From: an uncultured Bacillales bacterium
Lineage (GTDB): Bacteria; Bacillota_I; Bacilli_A; RFN20; CAG-288
DNA length: 64,000 bases
Direction of reading: 5' to 3'
NCBI GenBank assembly: GCA_949287425.1
Contig: CASEGJ010000005.1
Span: 82,955 to 146,954, forward strand
Each line of letters opens with the position of its first letter. Positions within the stretch are counted from its first letter, which is position 1. Under the pieces are notes generated by a model. That model worked only from the letters and a program-made list of their open reading frames with translations. It was not told the DNA's origin and searched no databases. Shown in pieces: positions 47,834 through 57,407 of the stretch. Made by a program: the position numbers and the translations under genes.

Positions 47834-48442
47834 ATGATTTGGAAATTAAAAAATATCATTCAGGAAACAAATCACCCATTTTTAAACTATTTTACCTTAA
47901 CATACGAGGTTGAAGATTCTAATAATCAAATAAAACAATATTCGTATTTTATGGCCTCAAGAAGAAAAAAAGAAGAATTAGTCTGTTTGCATAAAGATAA
48001 AAACTACGCCGATGGAGTTTTAATTCCTTGCTATTTTATCGACCCTAAAACTAACCTTTTATCTTTAATAGTCACTAAACAATTTAGACCAGCTTTAAAT
48101 AGATACGTTCATTCTTTTCCTGCTGGCTTAGTTGATAAAGATGAAGATTTAATTACCGCTAGTAAACGCGAAGCTTTAGAAGAGGTGGGAGCAGTTATCG
48201 ATAAAGCGGAAATATTATGTAGACCTGGTCCAACTTCAAGTGGACTTTCTGACGAATTAAACGCTATTGTTTTAGCTCATGTCAGTCACTTTGACAAAAA
48301 ACACCTTGAAGAATTTGAAGATATCAATTTTAGAATAGTGCCATTTAAAGATTTAGAAAAAGAATTAAGTGAACATTTCTTCGCTTTGCAAATTCAAATT
48401 ATTTGTCGATATTTATTGTTGTATTTTAAAGGTCAATATTAA
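47834..48442 (+). CDS. NUDIX hydrolase (ADP-ribose pyrophosphatase-like)
   Basis: Nudix box GLVDKDEDLITASKREALEEVGA. Confidence 0.8.
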   Translation: MIWKLKNIIQETNHPFLNYFTLTYEVEDSNNQIKQYSYFMASRRKKEELVCLHKDKNYADGVLIPCYFIDPKTNLLSLIVTKQFRPALNRYVHSFPAGLVDKDEDLITASKREALEEVGAVIDKAEILCRPGPTSSGLSDELNAIVLAHVSHFDKKHLEEFEDINFRIVPFKDLEKELSEHFFALQIQIICRYLLLYFKGQY

Positions 48443-48498
48443 TCAATAAGAAAAGCTGTTAGAAGTTGTGTTAAAACAATTTACTAACAGCTATTTTA

Positions 48499-49920
48499 TT
48501 AATATTTTTCAACTATCTTTCTAGCTATATAGACCCCATTTGCCCCAGCTTGAGATAATCCGCGGGTAATTCCAGCTCCATCTCCACCGACATAGAGGTT
48601 TTTAATTTTTGTTTCGAAATTAGAATCGACTGGTATTCTATCTGAATAAAACTTAGCTTCAACACCATAAAATAAAGTGTGATCATTAGCAATACCTGGA
48701 GTAATATGGTCCAAAGCTTTAATCATAGTAATTAGTGACTGCAATGTCTTATATGGTAAAACTAAGGAAAGATCTCCTGGAACGGCTTCTTTTAAAGTTG
48801 GAACAACAAAGCCTTCATCTATTCTTTTAGCTGTAGATCTTCTTCCTCTAATTAAATCTCCGAATTTTTGAACGAGAACAGAACCGCCGGAAAGCTTATT
48901 GGCTAAACCGGCAATTACTCTTGCATATTCATTTGAATCTTTAAATGGTTCAGAAAAATGATGAGATACTAATAAAGCAAAATTGGTATTATCTGAACCT
49001 AGTTTACTACTGCCATATGAATGGCCGTTACAAACTATAACTCCGTTGTTATTCTCAACGACAACATGACCAGAAGGATTAGAACAGAAAGTTCTAACTT
49101 GTGTTCCTTCTTCAGTATTTAATATAAATTTACCTTCGTAAAGATATTTATTTATGTCGTCCATAACTATGTTGTTAGTTTCTACTCTAACACCGATATC
49201 AACTCTATTGTTAGTAGCGTTAATTCCATGTTTTCTTAACATAGCTGATAACCAATCAGCCCCAGGTCGACCTACACCTATTACAATATTTTTCCCATAA
49301 TAAGTTGTATTGTCGTTTCCACCAACAACACCTATACATTTTCCATCTTCAACAATGATATCTTTTACTTCGAAAGAGAATCTCATATCAATCTTGGTTT
49401 GAAGGTAATCGAAAATATGTTCGAGGATTTGTAAATTTATTTCTGTTCCAAGATGTCTAACTCGGCTTCTAAGTAATTTTAATCCAACTGCAATAGCTTT
49501 CTTTTCTATTTCTTTAACTTCATTAGTATATGGATCAGTAATATTATCAGGAGCTCCAAATTCTAAATTTATCTTATCGACATATTCAATAAGCTCAATA
49601 ACTTTATCGTTAGGAAGATATTCATTCATCCAGCCGCCAAATTCAGTTGTAATATTAAATTTACCATCTGAAAATGCTCCGCATCCACCAAAACCAGCTG
49701 TCATTGAGCAAGCGGGTTTACACCCAGAATTACCATAAATATCCTTTGGACAAGCTTTGATTTTCTTATCTAAAATCGGACAACGACGATGATAGATATC
49801 TAGTCCTTTTTCTAGCAATAAAACTTTTAAATGCGGCTTGTTTTTTATTAGTTCCAAGCAGCTAAAATATCCCATTGGTCCAGCACCAACTACTATTACA
49901 TCATATTTTTTATCTTCCAT
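48499..49920 (-). CDS. FAD-dependent oxidoreductase (uncharacterised FAD-dependent dehydrogenase family)
   Basis: YDVIVVGAGPMGYFSCLEL dinucleotide-binding motif; 473 aa. Confidence 0.7.
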   Translation of the reverse strand: MEDKKYDVIVVGAGPMGYFSCLELIKNKPHLKVLLLEKGLDIYHRRCPILDKKIKACPKDIYGNSGCKPACSMTAGFGGCGAFSDGKFNITTEFGGWMNEYLPNDKVIELIEYVDKINLEFGAPDNITDPYTNEVKEIEKKAIAVGLKLLRSRVRHLGTEINLQILEHIFDYLQTKIDMRFSFEVKDIIVEDGKCIGVVGGNDNTTYYGKNIVIGVGRPGADWLSAMLRKHGINATNNRVDIGVRVETNNIVMDDINKYLYEGKFILNTEEGTQVRTFCSNPSGHVVVENNNGVIVCNGHSYGSSKLGSDNTNFALLVSHHFSEPFKDSNEYARVIAGLANKLSGGSVLVQKFGDLIRGRRSTAKRIDEGFVVPTLKEAVPGDLSLVLPYKTLQSLITMIKALDHITPGIANDHTLFYGVEAKFYSDRIPVDSNFETKIKNLYVGGDGAGITRGLSQAGANGVYIARKIVEKY

Positions 49921-49968
49921 ATTTTCTTAAACCCTCAAATAGTTTAACACATTTATTTTAATTTGAAA

Positions 49969-51711
49969 TTAACTATTAGCAAATTGAGTTTGATAAAGTT
50001 TGTAATATTCACCTTTTTTAGCTAAAAGCTCTTTGTGATTTCCCTTTTCAATAAGTTTTCCATCATCTAAAACTAAAATCATATCGGAATTGATAATAGT
50101 AGAAAGACGATGAGCGATAACTATAGAAGTTTTCCCTTCCATTATCTGATCGAAATCTTTTTGAATGAGCTTTTCATTAACAGTATCGATATTGCTAGTA
50201 GCCTCATCTAAAATCAACATTTCTTTTGGATTTAATATTAATCTTGTAATACATAAAAGTTGCTTTTGACCAGCTGAAAGTCCACTGGAATTTGAAACGA
50301 TACTCGAATATGATTTTTCCATCTGTTCAATAAAGTAATTAGCACCTGAAACTTTACTAGCATAGTAAATTTCATCTAGACTCGCTTCACTTTTAGAATA
50401 CTTAATATTATCTAGAATTGTTCCATGGAAAATCCACGTATCTTGTAAAACCATACCGATTCTTTCGCGTAATGAATCAGAAGAAATATCATTGATATCA
50501 ATATTATTAATAGTTATTTTTCCACTATCGATAGGATAAAACTTCATAATTAAATTAATTAATGTGGTTTTACCACAACCAGTTTTTCCAACAATAGCAA
50601 CATGGCTTCCTTTTTTAATAGTAAATGACATATCTTTAATAATTGGTTTACCTTTAACATAGGAAAAAGTAACATGGTCAAAAACCAAATCTCCAACTTC
50701 ATTCAAAATTATCTTGCCATCTTTTACTTCATCAAACGATGTTAATTTTTGAACTCTAATAATAGAAGCATAAGCAGTTTGAAGTTGACTGATAACTTCT
50801 GAAATATCGTTAAATGGATTGGTGTAATTATTAGTAAACATTAAATATGTCATTAAATTACCGGTTGTCATATTGATAGAATTATTGACGATTAATATTG
50901 CTCCTACTACGACAACAACTCCGTAAATTAAAGAATTAATCAATCTAGTTGATGGATTGATAATTGAAGAATAAAACGAAGCCTTCATATCGTGCTTTTT
51001 TAATTCCTTAGCAATAGAATCAAAATCTTTTTGAGCTTGGCTTTGATGAGAATTTGCAATAATCACCTTTTGGTTTTCAATATTTTCGTTAGCTAAAGAA
51101 GATAATTTACCTCTATAGTTAGATTGCAAGGCAAAAGTTTTAGATGTGCCTTTAGCAATTAAAGAAGCAACTATTATTGATAAAGGAGTTAAAACTACAA
51201 CGATAATAGCTAGTTGCCAAGAAAATACAAACATCATAACTAAAGTAGCTATAATAGTAAATAACCCGGTAAATAGCTGAATAAATGTCTGAATAATACC
51301 ATCTGAAATTATACTGATATCGTTAATTAATGTAGAAATAATATCCCCGTGACATGTTTGATCTATTATGCTAATTTCGCTATTTACTATCTTTTCAAAG
51401 GAATTATCGCGCATATCTTTAGCAATCTTATAAGAAACTGAAGAAGCTAAATAAGCTAAAATCCAATAAAAAATTGAAGAAATAAACATCATTAAAACAA
51501 TAGAGCAAATAATTAAATTTATCTTTGCAAAATCGACGCCATCTTTCATATAATCTAAACCAATTCCGCTGGCGATAGGAATATAAATATTACCTGCTAC
51601 ATAAAATAAAGAACAAATAAAAGCCACTGATAATTTCAAAGTATAAGGCTTAATATATGAAAGCATAAACTTAAATGGAGATACTTTTTTCATTTTAATT
51701 AACCTCCACAT
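49969..51711 (-). CDS. ABC transporter ATP-binding/permease protein (exporter half-transporter)
   Basis: Six-TM domain + NBD (GKTGCGKTT, LSAGQKQLLCITR, ILDEATSNID). Confidence 0.85.
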   Translation of the reverse strand: MWRLIKMKKVSPFKFMLSYIKPYTLKLSVAFICSLFYVAGNIYIPIASGIGLDYMKDGVDFAKINLIICSIVLMMFISSIFYWILAYLASSVSYKIAKDMRDNSFEKIVNSEISIIDQTCHGDIISTLINDISIISDGIIQTFIQLFTGLFTIIATLVMMFVFSWQLAIIVVVLTPLSIIVASLIAKGTSKTFALQSNYRGKLSSLANENIENQKVIIANSHQSQAQKDFDSIAKELKKHDMKASFYSSIINPSTRLINSLIYGVVVVVGAILIVNNSINMTTGNLMTYLMFTNNYTNPFNDISEVISQLQTAYASIIRVQKLTSFDEVKDGKIILNEVGDLVFDHVTFSYVKGKPIIKDMSFTIKKGSHVAIVGKTGCGKTTLINLIMKFYPIDSGKITINNIDINDISSDSLRERIGMVLQDTWIFHGTILDNIKYSKSEASLDEIYYASKVSGANYFIEQMEKSYSSIVSNSSGLSAGQKQLLCITRLILNPKEMLILDEATSNIDTVNEKLIQKDFDQIMEGKTSIVIAHRLSTIINSDMILVLDDGKLIEKGNHKELLAKKGEYYKLYQTQFANS

Positions 51712-53416
51712 TTTGAGAAAGACAAATATCTTGATAAGCTAGACAATCTTTTACTAAAGTTTGATGATTACCAATTCCAGCTATTTTACCTTTCTCTAAA
51801 ACAATAATCTCATCGCAATCTTTAATTGAAGAAACTCTTTGAGAAACATATATAATTAACCTATCAGACAAATTATCTTTTATAGCCTTTCTTAGATTAA
51901 AATCAGTTTTAAAATCTAATGCAGAAGAAGCATCATCTAAAATAACAACCCTAGCATCTTTACATAAAGCGCGAGCGATAGTTAATCTTTGTCTTTGTCC
52001 ACCAGAAAGATTTTTACCTTCTTGATTAATTAAACCTTCTAATCCCCCTTTAGAATCAACAACATCCTCACACTGAGCGATTTTAATAGATTTTTCAATT
52101 AAATCTAAATTGGCATTTTGATTTCCAAATTTTAAATTTGACATGATAGTCCCTGTAAATAAAACTGGATTTTGACTAACTAAAGATATGTTTTTATTCA
52201 AATTTTCAAAGGAATATTCCTGGATGTTTTTTCCTTGGAAATATATTTGACCACTATCGACATCATAAAAATGATTTATCAAATTAATCAGAGTAGTTTT
52301 ACCAGCGCCAGTTCCTCCAATTATTCCATAAGTTTTCCCTTCCTGAAGAATTAAATTGATATTTTCTAAAGACAATTTACTATTTTTATTGTAAGCGAAA
52401 TTAACATTTTTAAATTCGATACTTATTTTTTTATCTAGTTCTACTTCCTTGTTACCGACAACTAAACTCGATGAACTTGACAAAACTTTATTTATTCTTT
52501 TGGCACATGAAGAACCCTTAGAAAAAATAACTATGAGGTTAGCAACAACAACTATAGCAGCAGAAATTTGAGACATATAATTAACTAAAGAAACTATATC
52601 TCCTTGAGTTAGACTACCTGAATCGACATTTATAGAGCCTAAATATAAAATTAAGACAATACATGTGTTAATTACTAATAAATTTAACGGGTTAGATAAG
52701 CTAGAAATCTTCGCTAATCTTTCAGAAATTTTTTGAATAGTATCAGATGTTACAAAATATCTTTCTTTTTCATAATTAGATTTATTAAAAGCTCTAACAA
52801 TTCTGGCGCCAGTTAAATTATCATCGCTAATTTTAGTTAATTCATCTACGTTTGATTGAACCTTTAAATTGTATGGTATTGATACAAAACCGATAATAAA
52901 AATAATTAAGCCTAATAAAACACCACCTACAAGAAAAATCCACGCCATACTAGGAGCGATAAAAATAGATAAAATCAAAGCACCAATAACAATAAAAGGG
53001 GCTCTAATAGCTAGTCTAAGCATCATCATTAACGCGTTTTGCGTAGCGATTAAATCATTTGATAGATTAGTTTCTAATTTCGAAGGAGTAAACTTATCTA
53101 TTTCTCTATATGAAAATGAATTTATTTTTTTATAAAGTTCATTTCTTAAAATATAAGCGTAATTAGTGGCTACTTTAATTGAAAAATATTGACAGACCAT
53201 TGTCATTAAAAAACCGACAATCGCTAGAATTAACAAAATTAAACCTTGAATTAAAACGTAATTAACTCCACCATCTCCATTAATTCCCTTATCGATAATA
53301 TTTTTAACAATCAAAGGAGTAATTAATCCAAACACAGCTTCAAATATTTTAAATATCGGAGCAAGAACAATTTCTAACTTATAATCTTTAGCGTATTTAG
53401 CAAATAATTTAAACAT
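51695..53416 (-). CDS. ABC transporter ATP-binding/permease protein (partner half-transporter; heterodimeric exporter)
   Basis: Six-TM domain + NBD (GGTGAGKTT, LSGGQRQRLTIARA, ILDDASSALD); 17-nt overlap with the downstream partner. Confidence 0.85.
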   Translation of the reverse strand: MFKLFAKYAKDYKLEIVLAPIFKIFEAVFGLITPLIVKNIIDKGINGDGGVNYVLIQGLILLILAIVGFLMTMVCQYFSIKVATNYAYILRNELYKKINSFSYREIDKFTPSKLETNLSNDLIATQNALMMMLRLAIRAPFIVIGALILSIFIAPSMAWIFLVGGVLLGLIIFIIGFVSIPYNLKVQSNVDELTKISDDNLTGARIVRAFNKSNYEKERYFVTSDTIQKISERLAKISSLSNPLNLLVINTCIVLILYLGSINVDSGSLTQGDIVSLVNYMSQISAAIVVVANLIVIFSKGSSCAKRINKVLSSSSSLVVGNKEVELDKKISIEFKNVNFAYNKNSKLSLENINLILQEGKTYGIIGGTGAGKTTLINLINHFYDVDSGQIYFQGKNIQEYSFENLNKNISLVSQNPVLFTGTIMSNLKFGNQNANLDLIEKSIKIAQCEDVVDSKGGLEGLINQEGKNLSGGQRQRLTIARALCKDARVVILDDASSALDFKTDFNLRKAIKDNLSDRLIIYVSQRVSSIKDCDEIIVLEKGKIAGIGNHQTLVKDCLAYQDICLSQNVEVN

Positions 53417-53489
53417 ATTAATTTCCTTGTTAATTATACTAAATAATTTAAAATTTTGTATTTTGATTTATTAACTAGCAAATTAAAAA

Positions 53490-53514
53490 GCTGCTAAGAT
53501 TTTCTCCTAGCAGC
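53490..53514. terminator. bidirectional intrinsic terminator between nrdI and the ABC exporter operon
   Basis: GCTGCTAAG-loop-CTAGCAGC hairpin with T-run on the minus strand (after nrdI) and AAATTTTT on the plus strand. Confidence 0.5.
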
Positions 53515-53538
53515 AAATTTTTAAAACGATAAATTAAA

Positions 53539-53895
53539 TTAGTTTAATTTAGCTAATTCAGCCTTGATGTTTTCTAAATCTTCATCAGTGCCGCCGTTTT
53601 CAACTCTATATAAAACAGGAACGTTGTATTGTTCAGCAATCTTATCACCAGCGCCACAGAAAGCAGGATCATAAGCGTGATCACCACTGACGACAACACC
53701 TTTTAAATTAGCGGAATTGTTAGCTAAAAAAGCGTCAACTTCAGCAGGAACATCACCAAAACCATCGGTGTAAGTGAATAAGACATAATCACCATCGACA
53801 GTTTCATCACCAGATTGGATGTAAGTGGCGGTTAAACCTAAATTGTCAATGATAGATTGAACATTACCAGTTCTAGATGCATAAGCGTAATTCAT
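53539..53895 (-). CDS. nrdI: flavodoxin-like ribonucleotide reductase stimulatory protein NrdI (orphan, no nrdEF adjacent)
   Basis: MNYAYASRTGNVQSIIDNLGL...DGDYVLFTYTDGFGDVP...LKGVVVSGDHAYDPAFCGAGDKIAEQYNVPVLYRVENGGTDEDLENI follows E. coli NrdI block order ([20 protein letters not shown]...VDEPYILIVPSYG...[40 protein letters not shown]). GC visibly higher than neighbours. Confidence 0.75.
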   Translation of the reverse strand: MNYAYASRTGNVQSIIDNLGLTATYIQSGDETVDGDYVLFTYTDGFGDVPAEVDAFLANNSANLKGVVVSGDHAYDPAFCGAGDKIAEQYNVPVLYRVENGGTDEDLENIKAELAKLN

Positions 53896-54107
53896 GTTTT
53901 ATAAAACCTCCTTGTTAAAACATCTAACAAAAATAATATACAACTTATTTGAGTTTTTAACAATTAAATTGCATAACATTGCTAATTATTTAATTAACTT
54001 TTGCGTTTAACTATTTAATCACGATTATCTTTAGTTAACTTTTGGGCAACTTTTTTCAATTTCCTCTTTTATTTTTATTGAATATAACATATAATAATAA
54101 AGCGTTT

Positions 54108-54198
54108 GGAGGAATACCCAAGTGGCTGAAGGGGCGGGCTTGGAAAGCTCGTAGACATGTAACAGTGTGCAAGGGTTCAAATCCCTTTTCCTCCGCCA
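54108..54198 (+). tRNA. tRNA-Ser (anticodon GGA), long variable arm
   Basis: Acceptor GGAGGAA/TTCCTCC + G + CCA; anticodon arm CGGGC-TTGGAAA-GCTCG; long extra arm; GGTTCAAATCC T-loop. Confidence 0.85.
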
Positions 54199-54214
54199 GG
54201 TTAATTAAAATTTT

Positions 54215-54242
54215 CTCGATTTACTAAATCGAGTTTTTTTAT
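54215..54242 (+). terminator. intrinsic terminator after tRNA-Ser
   Basis: CTCGAT-ttactaa-ATCGAG followed by TTTTTTTTATTT. Confidence 0.65.
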
Positions 54243-54261
54243 TTGACTTTTAAAATTTTTA

Positions 54262-54300
54262 AATCAAAAACAGCTACTAGATGCTCTCTAATAGCTGTTA
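54262..54300 (-). terminator. intrinsic terminator after the 139-aa membrane protein gene
   Basis: Minus-strand hairpin ACAGCTATTAG-agagcat-CTAGTAGCTGT followed by TTTTGATTT. Confidence 0.55.
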
Positions 54301-54303
54301 TTT

Positions 54304-54723
54304 TTATTGATTATTTGAATTTGGAACACTAGTTGAACTAACTTGAGTTGTTTCAACTTTTTGTTCGTTAGCTTTCTTATCTTCTTCTTCAAGAAGCTTT
54401 TTCAATTTTTCAAGCTGTTTAGATTTTCTAGAAGTTCCTTTATCGACCTTATTAGCGAAATGATATAAAAATCCAATTAGGAAACACATCGCAATTAAGC
54501 AAATAATTGAACCTAAAATCCTAAAATCTACTGTTGAAGATAAATTTAGATAACTAGATAGAGTTTTTTGAGCTTGATAGATAGGATTATATGCTAATTT
54601 ACCCGGTCCATTATAAGCATAGATTCCTAAGCAACAAACAACTAATCCACCAATCCAAATTAATCCAAATATTGAATAAGCTACTATTTCAGAAGTTCTT
54701 ATCTTCTTTTTATTCATAGCCAT
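54304..54723 (-). CDS. hypothetical two-TM membrane protein with charged coiled-coil-like C-terminus
   Basis: 139 aa, two hydrophobic helices then KQLEKLKKLLEEEDKKANEQK; 5 nt downstream of the 336-aa ORF. Confidence 0.4.
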   Translation of the reverse strand: MAMNKKKIRTSEIVAYSIFGLIWIGGLVVCCLGIYAYNGPGKLAYNPIYQAQKTLSSYLNLSSTVDFRILGSIICLIAMCFLIGFLYHFANKVDKGTSRKSKQLEKLKKLLEEEDKKANEQKVETTQVSSTSVPNSNNQ

Positions 54724-54728
54724 TTATC

Positions 54729-55739
54729 TTATTTGCTTTCTTTTTTATCTTCAGCAATTTTTTCGTTAGTTAAATTTGTAGCTTCATTAGCGGCATTTTG
54801 AACTTTAGATTTATTAATTAAATCTCTTTCAAAATTAACTAATTCGGCATAAATTTTATTGAAGACTCTAACCCAAGCATCTCTATATCCAGGAATTAAT
54901 GGGACAAAGATAGATTCAAATGCACCCATAACTTGGCCGAGATTTTGACCTTCAGCTAATTTTTTAGAACCATCGAAATAATGGAAATTATCTTCCATTC
55001 TAGTAATAGAATCTAAGAAGATAACATCGTTAGATTTATTATGAGCTCTTAAGAAATTAAAGAAACCGACAACTCTAGCCATTTCATTGTTGATAAATGC
55101 ACAAGAAGGATCAACTTTAGGATCGAAACCAGGTTGAGTAGAAGGATCGACACCATTTTTCTCTTTTTCTTGAGCGATATAAGTTCTTACAGCGTTATTG
55201 TATTCAGCAAACTTAACATTGAAAGTATGAGCGACGGCTCTAAAAGCTACAGCTCTATAGAAAGGATCATCTTTTACTAATAAATCAGCAAGATCAGCTT
55301 CTAAACTACCTTCTTTTTCAAAAGTAGTCTTAAATCCTAAACAAACATCAGCGATAGTTTCATGTAAGCCGATGATATAGTCTAATAACTGAATGACTAA
55401 AGAAGATTCAACGACAATCTTGTTATCTTTATCAAGTTTAACAATTCTACCTTCGTCAGCATAGACATCTTCAATAAACTCATTAACTTGAGCTTTAATT
55501 TTATTTCCAATAGTTAAATTAGGATCTTCTTTAGAAACAATTTGTGAATTTTGTTGACAAAATAAGCTAAATGGTGAGTTTTCTTCAACTAAATGAAGAA
55601 TCATAGCTTTTCTTTGTTTATAAATATCAACATTGTAACCAACTTTAGGATCGCTTGGTGGCAAAACATATTCTAAAGTGTCACGAATAATAACACCTAA
55701 TTCATATATTGCCATTACATATCTAGTTTGTTGATTCAT
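54729..55739 (-). CDS. hypothetical cytoplasmic protein, no recognised family
   Basis: 336 aa, AGGGGG RBS 8 nt upstream; acidic/Lys-rich C-terminal tail; no motif I can place. Confidence 0.45.
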   Translation of the reverse strand: MNQQTRYVMAIYELGVIIRDTLEYVLPPSDPKVGYNVDIYKQRKAMILHLVEENSPFSLFCQQNSQIVSKEDPNLTIGNKIKAQVNEFIEDVYADEGRIVKLDKDNKIVVESSLVIQLLDYIIGLHETIADVCLGFKTTFEKEGSLEADLADLLVKDDPFYRAVAFRAVAHTFNVKFAEYNNAVRTYIAQEKEKNGVDPSTQPGFDPKVDPSCAFINNEMARVVGFFNFLRAHNKSNDVIFLDSITRMEDNFHYFDGSKKLAEGQNLGQVMGAFESIFVPLIPGYRDAWVRVFNKIYAELVNFERDLINKSKVQNAANEATNLTNEKIAEDKKESK

Positions 55740-55821
55740 TAATTAATACCCCCTATTATCAAAAACGATGTATATGAATACTTATTTATTATATAGCTTA
55801 TAGAAAGCTATGACAAATATT

Positions 55822-56670
55822 TTATTTTTTCAATTTACCATTTTCTAAAACAAATTCTCTTATATCAGAAACTTTGTTAATAATATGGCTAGCTTTATCT
55901 AAAATAACTTTTTCTCCATTAAACATGGCAAAAGAATTTTCAAACTTTTCAAACATCGCTAAATCGTTATATGAATCACCTATAACAGCGACTTCTTCTT
56001 TTTTTATTCCTATTTGTTCAATATATTCAAGTAAAGTATTAGCCTTATTAACACCGGCATTTGTTATTTCTAAGGCTATAGATGCCGCATTTATTGTAAG
56101 CTTATTTTTATATTTTTCCTTTAAAGCTAAACTAGCGTGCAAAGCGCGGATTTTAGCAGCTTTAGATAAACCAAATATCGGCATCAATTTAAAAACTGTC
56201 CCGTTAGCGATATCTTTAACAACTTCTTTTTCAGATACGATGTATTTTTCCATATAAACCCCTGAAAAAATATTGATAAATATCCCTAAATAAGGAATGA
56301 TGCTTTTTTTAACGACAGATACTTTAATTTGATCTGTTTCATCAAAAACTAAAAAACCTAAAACATTATAGTTAACTTTTAACTGCATATAGACATCAAA
56401 GAGAATGCTTTTAGGAATATAATTTGATTTAATAAATTTTCCATCTTGATAGATAAAAGCTCCATTACAGCCAAGAACTGCTAAATCTATTCCTGTCTTT
56501 TTTTGAACTTTCATTGAAATTCGTCTATCTCGACCAGTAACTAGAACTATTTTCCCTCCTGCATTATAAAAATCAATCAAGAACTTTTTGTTTGATTTTT
56601 CTAATAGAGTCAATCTTCTTTTTGGATAAAATAAAGTGCCATCCAAATCGGTGGCGATAAGTTTAATCAT
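55822..56670 (-). CDS. Cof-type HAD-IIB family hydrolase (sugar-phosphatase-like)
   Basis: Start MIKLIATDLDGTLF (HAD motif I) at ATG 56668-56670; GDSYNDLAMF motif IV. The ORF-track TTG-initiated extension is unlikely. Confidence 0.8.
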   Translation of the reverse strand: MIKLIATDLDGTLFYPKRRLTLLEKSNKKFLIDFYNAGGKIVLVTGRDRRISMKVQKKTGIDLAVLGCNGAFIYQDGKFIKSNYIPKSILFDVYMQLKVNYNVLGFLVFDETDQIKVSVVKKSIIPYLGIFINIFSGVYMEKYIVSEKEVVKDIANGTVFKLMPIFGLSKAAKIRALHASLALKEKYKNKLTINAASIALEITNAGVNKANTLLEYIEQIGIKKEEVAVIGDSYNDLAMFEKFENSFAMFNGEKVILDKASHIINKVSDIREFVLENGKLKK

Positions 56671-56703
56671 CTGCAAAGTTATTATAATAAAAAGCAAACA
56701 AAA

Positions 56704-56733
56704 AAACCATCTAGGCTTTTTTCTAGATGGTTT
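56704..56733 (-). terminator. intrinsic terminator after hpf (perfect 11-bp stem)
   Basis: AAACCATCTAG-gctttttt-CTAGATGGTTT; on the minus strand followed by TTTTGTTTGCTTTTT. Confidence 0.65.
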
Positions 56734-56747
56734 AAACAATTTTTTAT

Positions 56748-57302
56748 CTAATTATCAATTTCAATTAAACCTAAAGTATTATCTTGTCTTCTATAAAGAA
56801 TAGAAGGTTTTTGAGTTGTCGAATCTAAATAGATAAAGAAAGAGTGATCCAAAGCTTCCATTCTAGCTAACGCTTCATCAGCATCCATAGGAGTTAATGT
56901 TAAATTCTTTCTTTTAACAATTTTAGAGATAGGAACAATTTCTTGATTAGCGATATCGTCTTTGATGTTTTCAATTAAAATATCTCTACCAAAGCTATTT
57001 CTTTTTTGAAGTTTGAGAATTTGAGTTTTAACTTTTCTCATTTGACCTTCTAATTTATCAACGCATAAATCAATAGCGCCATAAAGATCTTTTTCATTAG
57101 AAACTTTAGCGCGAAGATACATATCGGTTGCTTTAATTGAAATTTCAGCAATTTGATAATGCTTTATAAGTGAAATTGTAATGGTGCATTTAACATCGTC
57201 GTTATCGGAAAAATATTTTTCCATTTTAGAAACTCTCTTTAAAGCGTAATCCTTTAAAGCAGGAGTAAATTCTACTCCATGACCTACATACTGATACCTC
57301 AT
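56748..57302 (-). CDS. hpf: ribosome hibernation promoting factor (long HPF)
   Basis: 184 aa; N-terminal RaiA/YfiA domain (MRYQYVGHGVEFTPALKDYALKRV) + C-terminal dimerisation domain. Confidence 0.85.
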   Translation of the reverse strand: MRYQYVGHGVEFTPALKDYALKRVSKMEKYFSDNDDVKCTITISLIKHYQIAEISIKATDMYLRAKVSNEKDLYGAIDLCVDKLEGQMRKVKTQILKLQKRNSFGRDILIENIKDDIANQEIVPISKIVKRKNLTLTPMDADEALARMEALDHSFFIYLDSTTQKPSILYRRQDNTLGLIEIDN

Positions 57303-57407
57303 AGTAATAGTATTTTCCTTTCTAAGAGGATTAACTCATCCTCACTTGTACTTATATTATAGCAAATTAAAGAAAGAATGTAAGCTCTTTAAATTTAAAT
57401 ATATCCA

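Noticed and set aside
54042-54227. 61-aa plus-strand ORF
   Set aside because: Overlaps tRNA-Ser (54108-54198) and its terminator; spurious.
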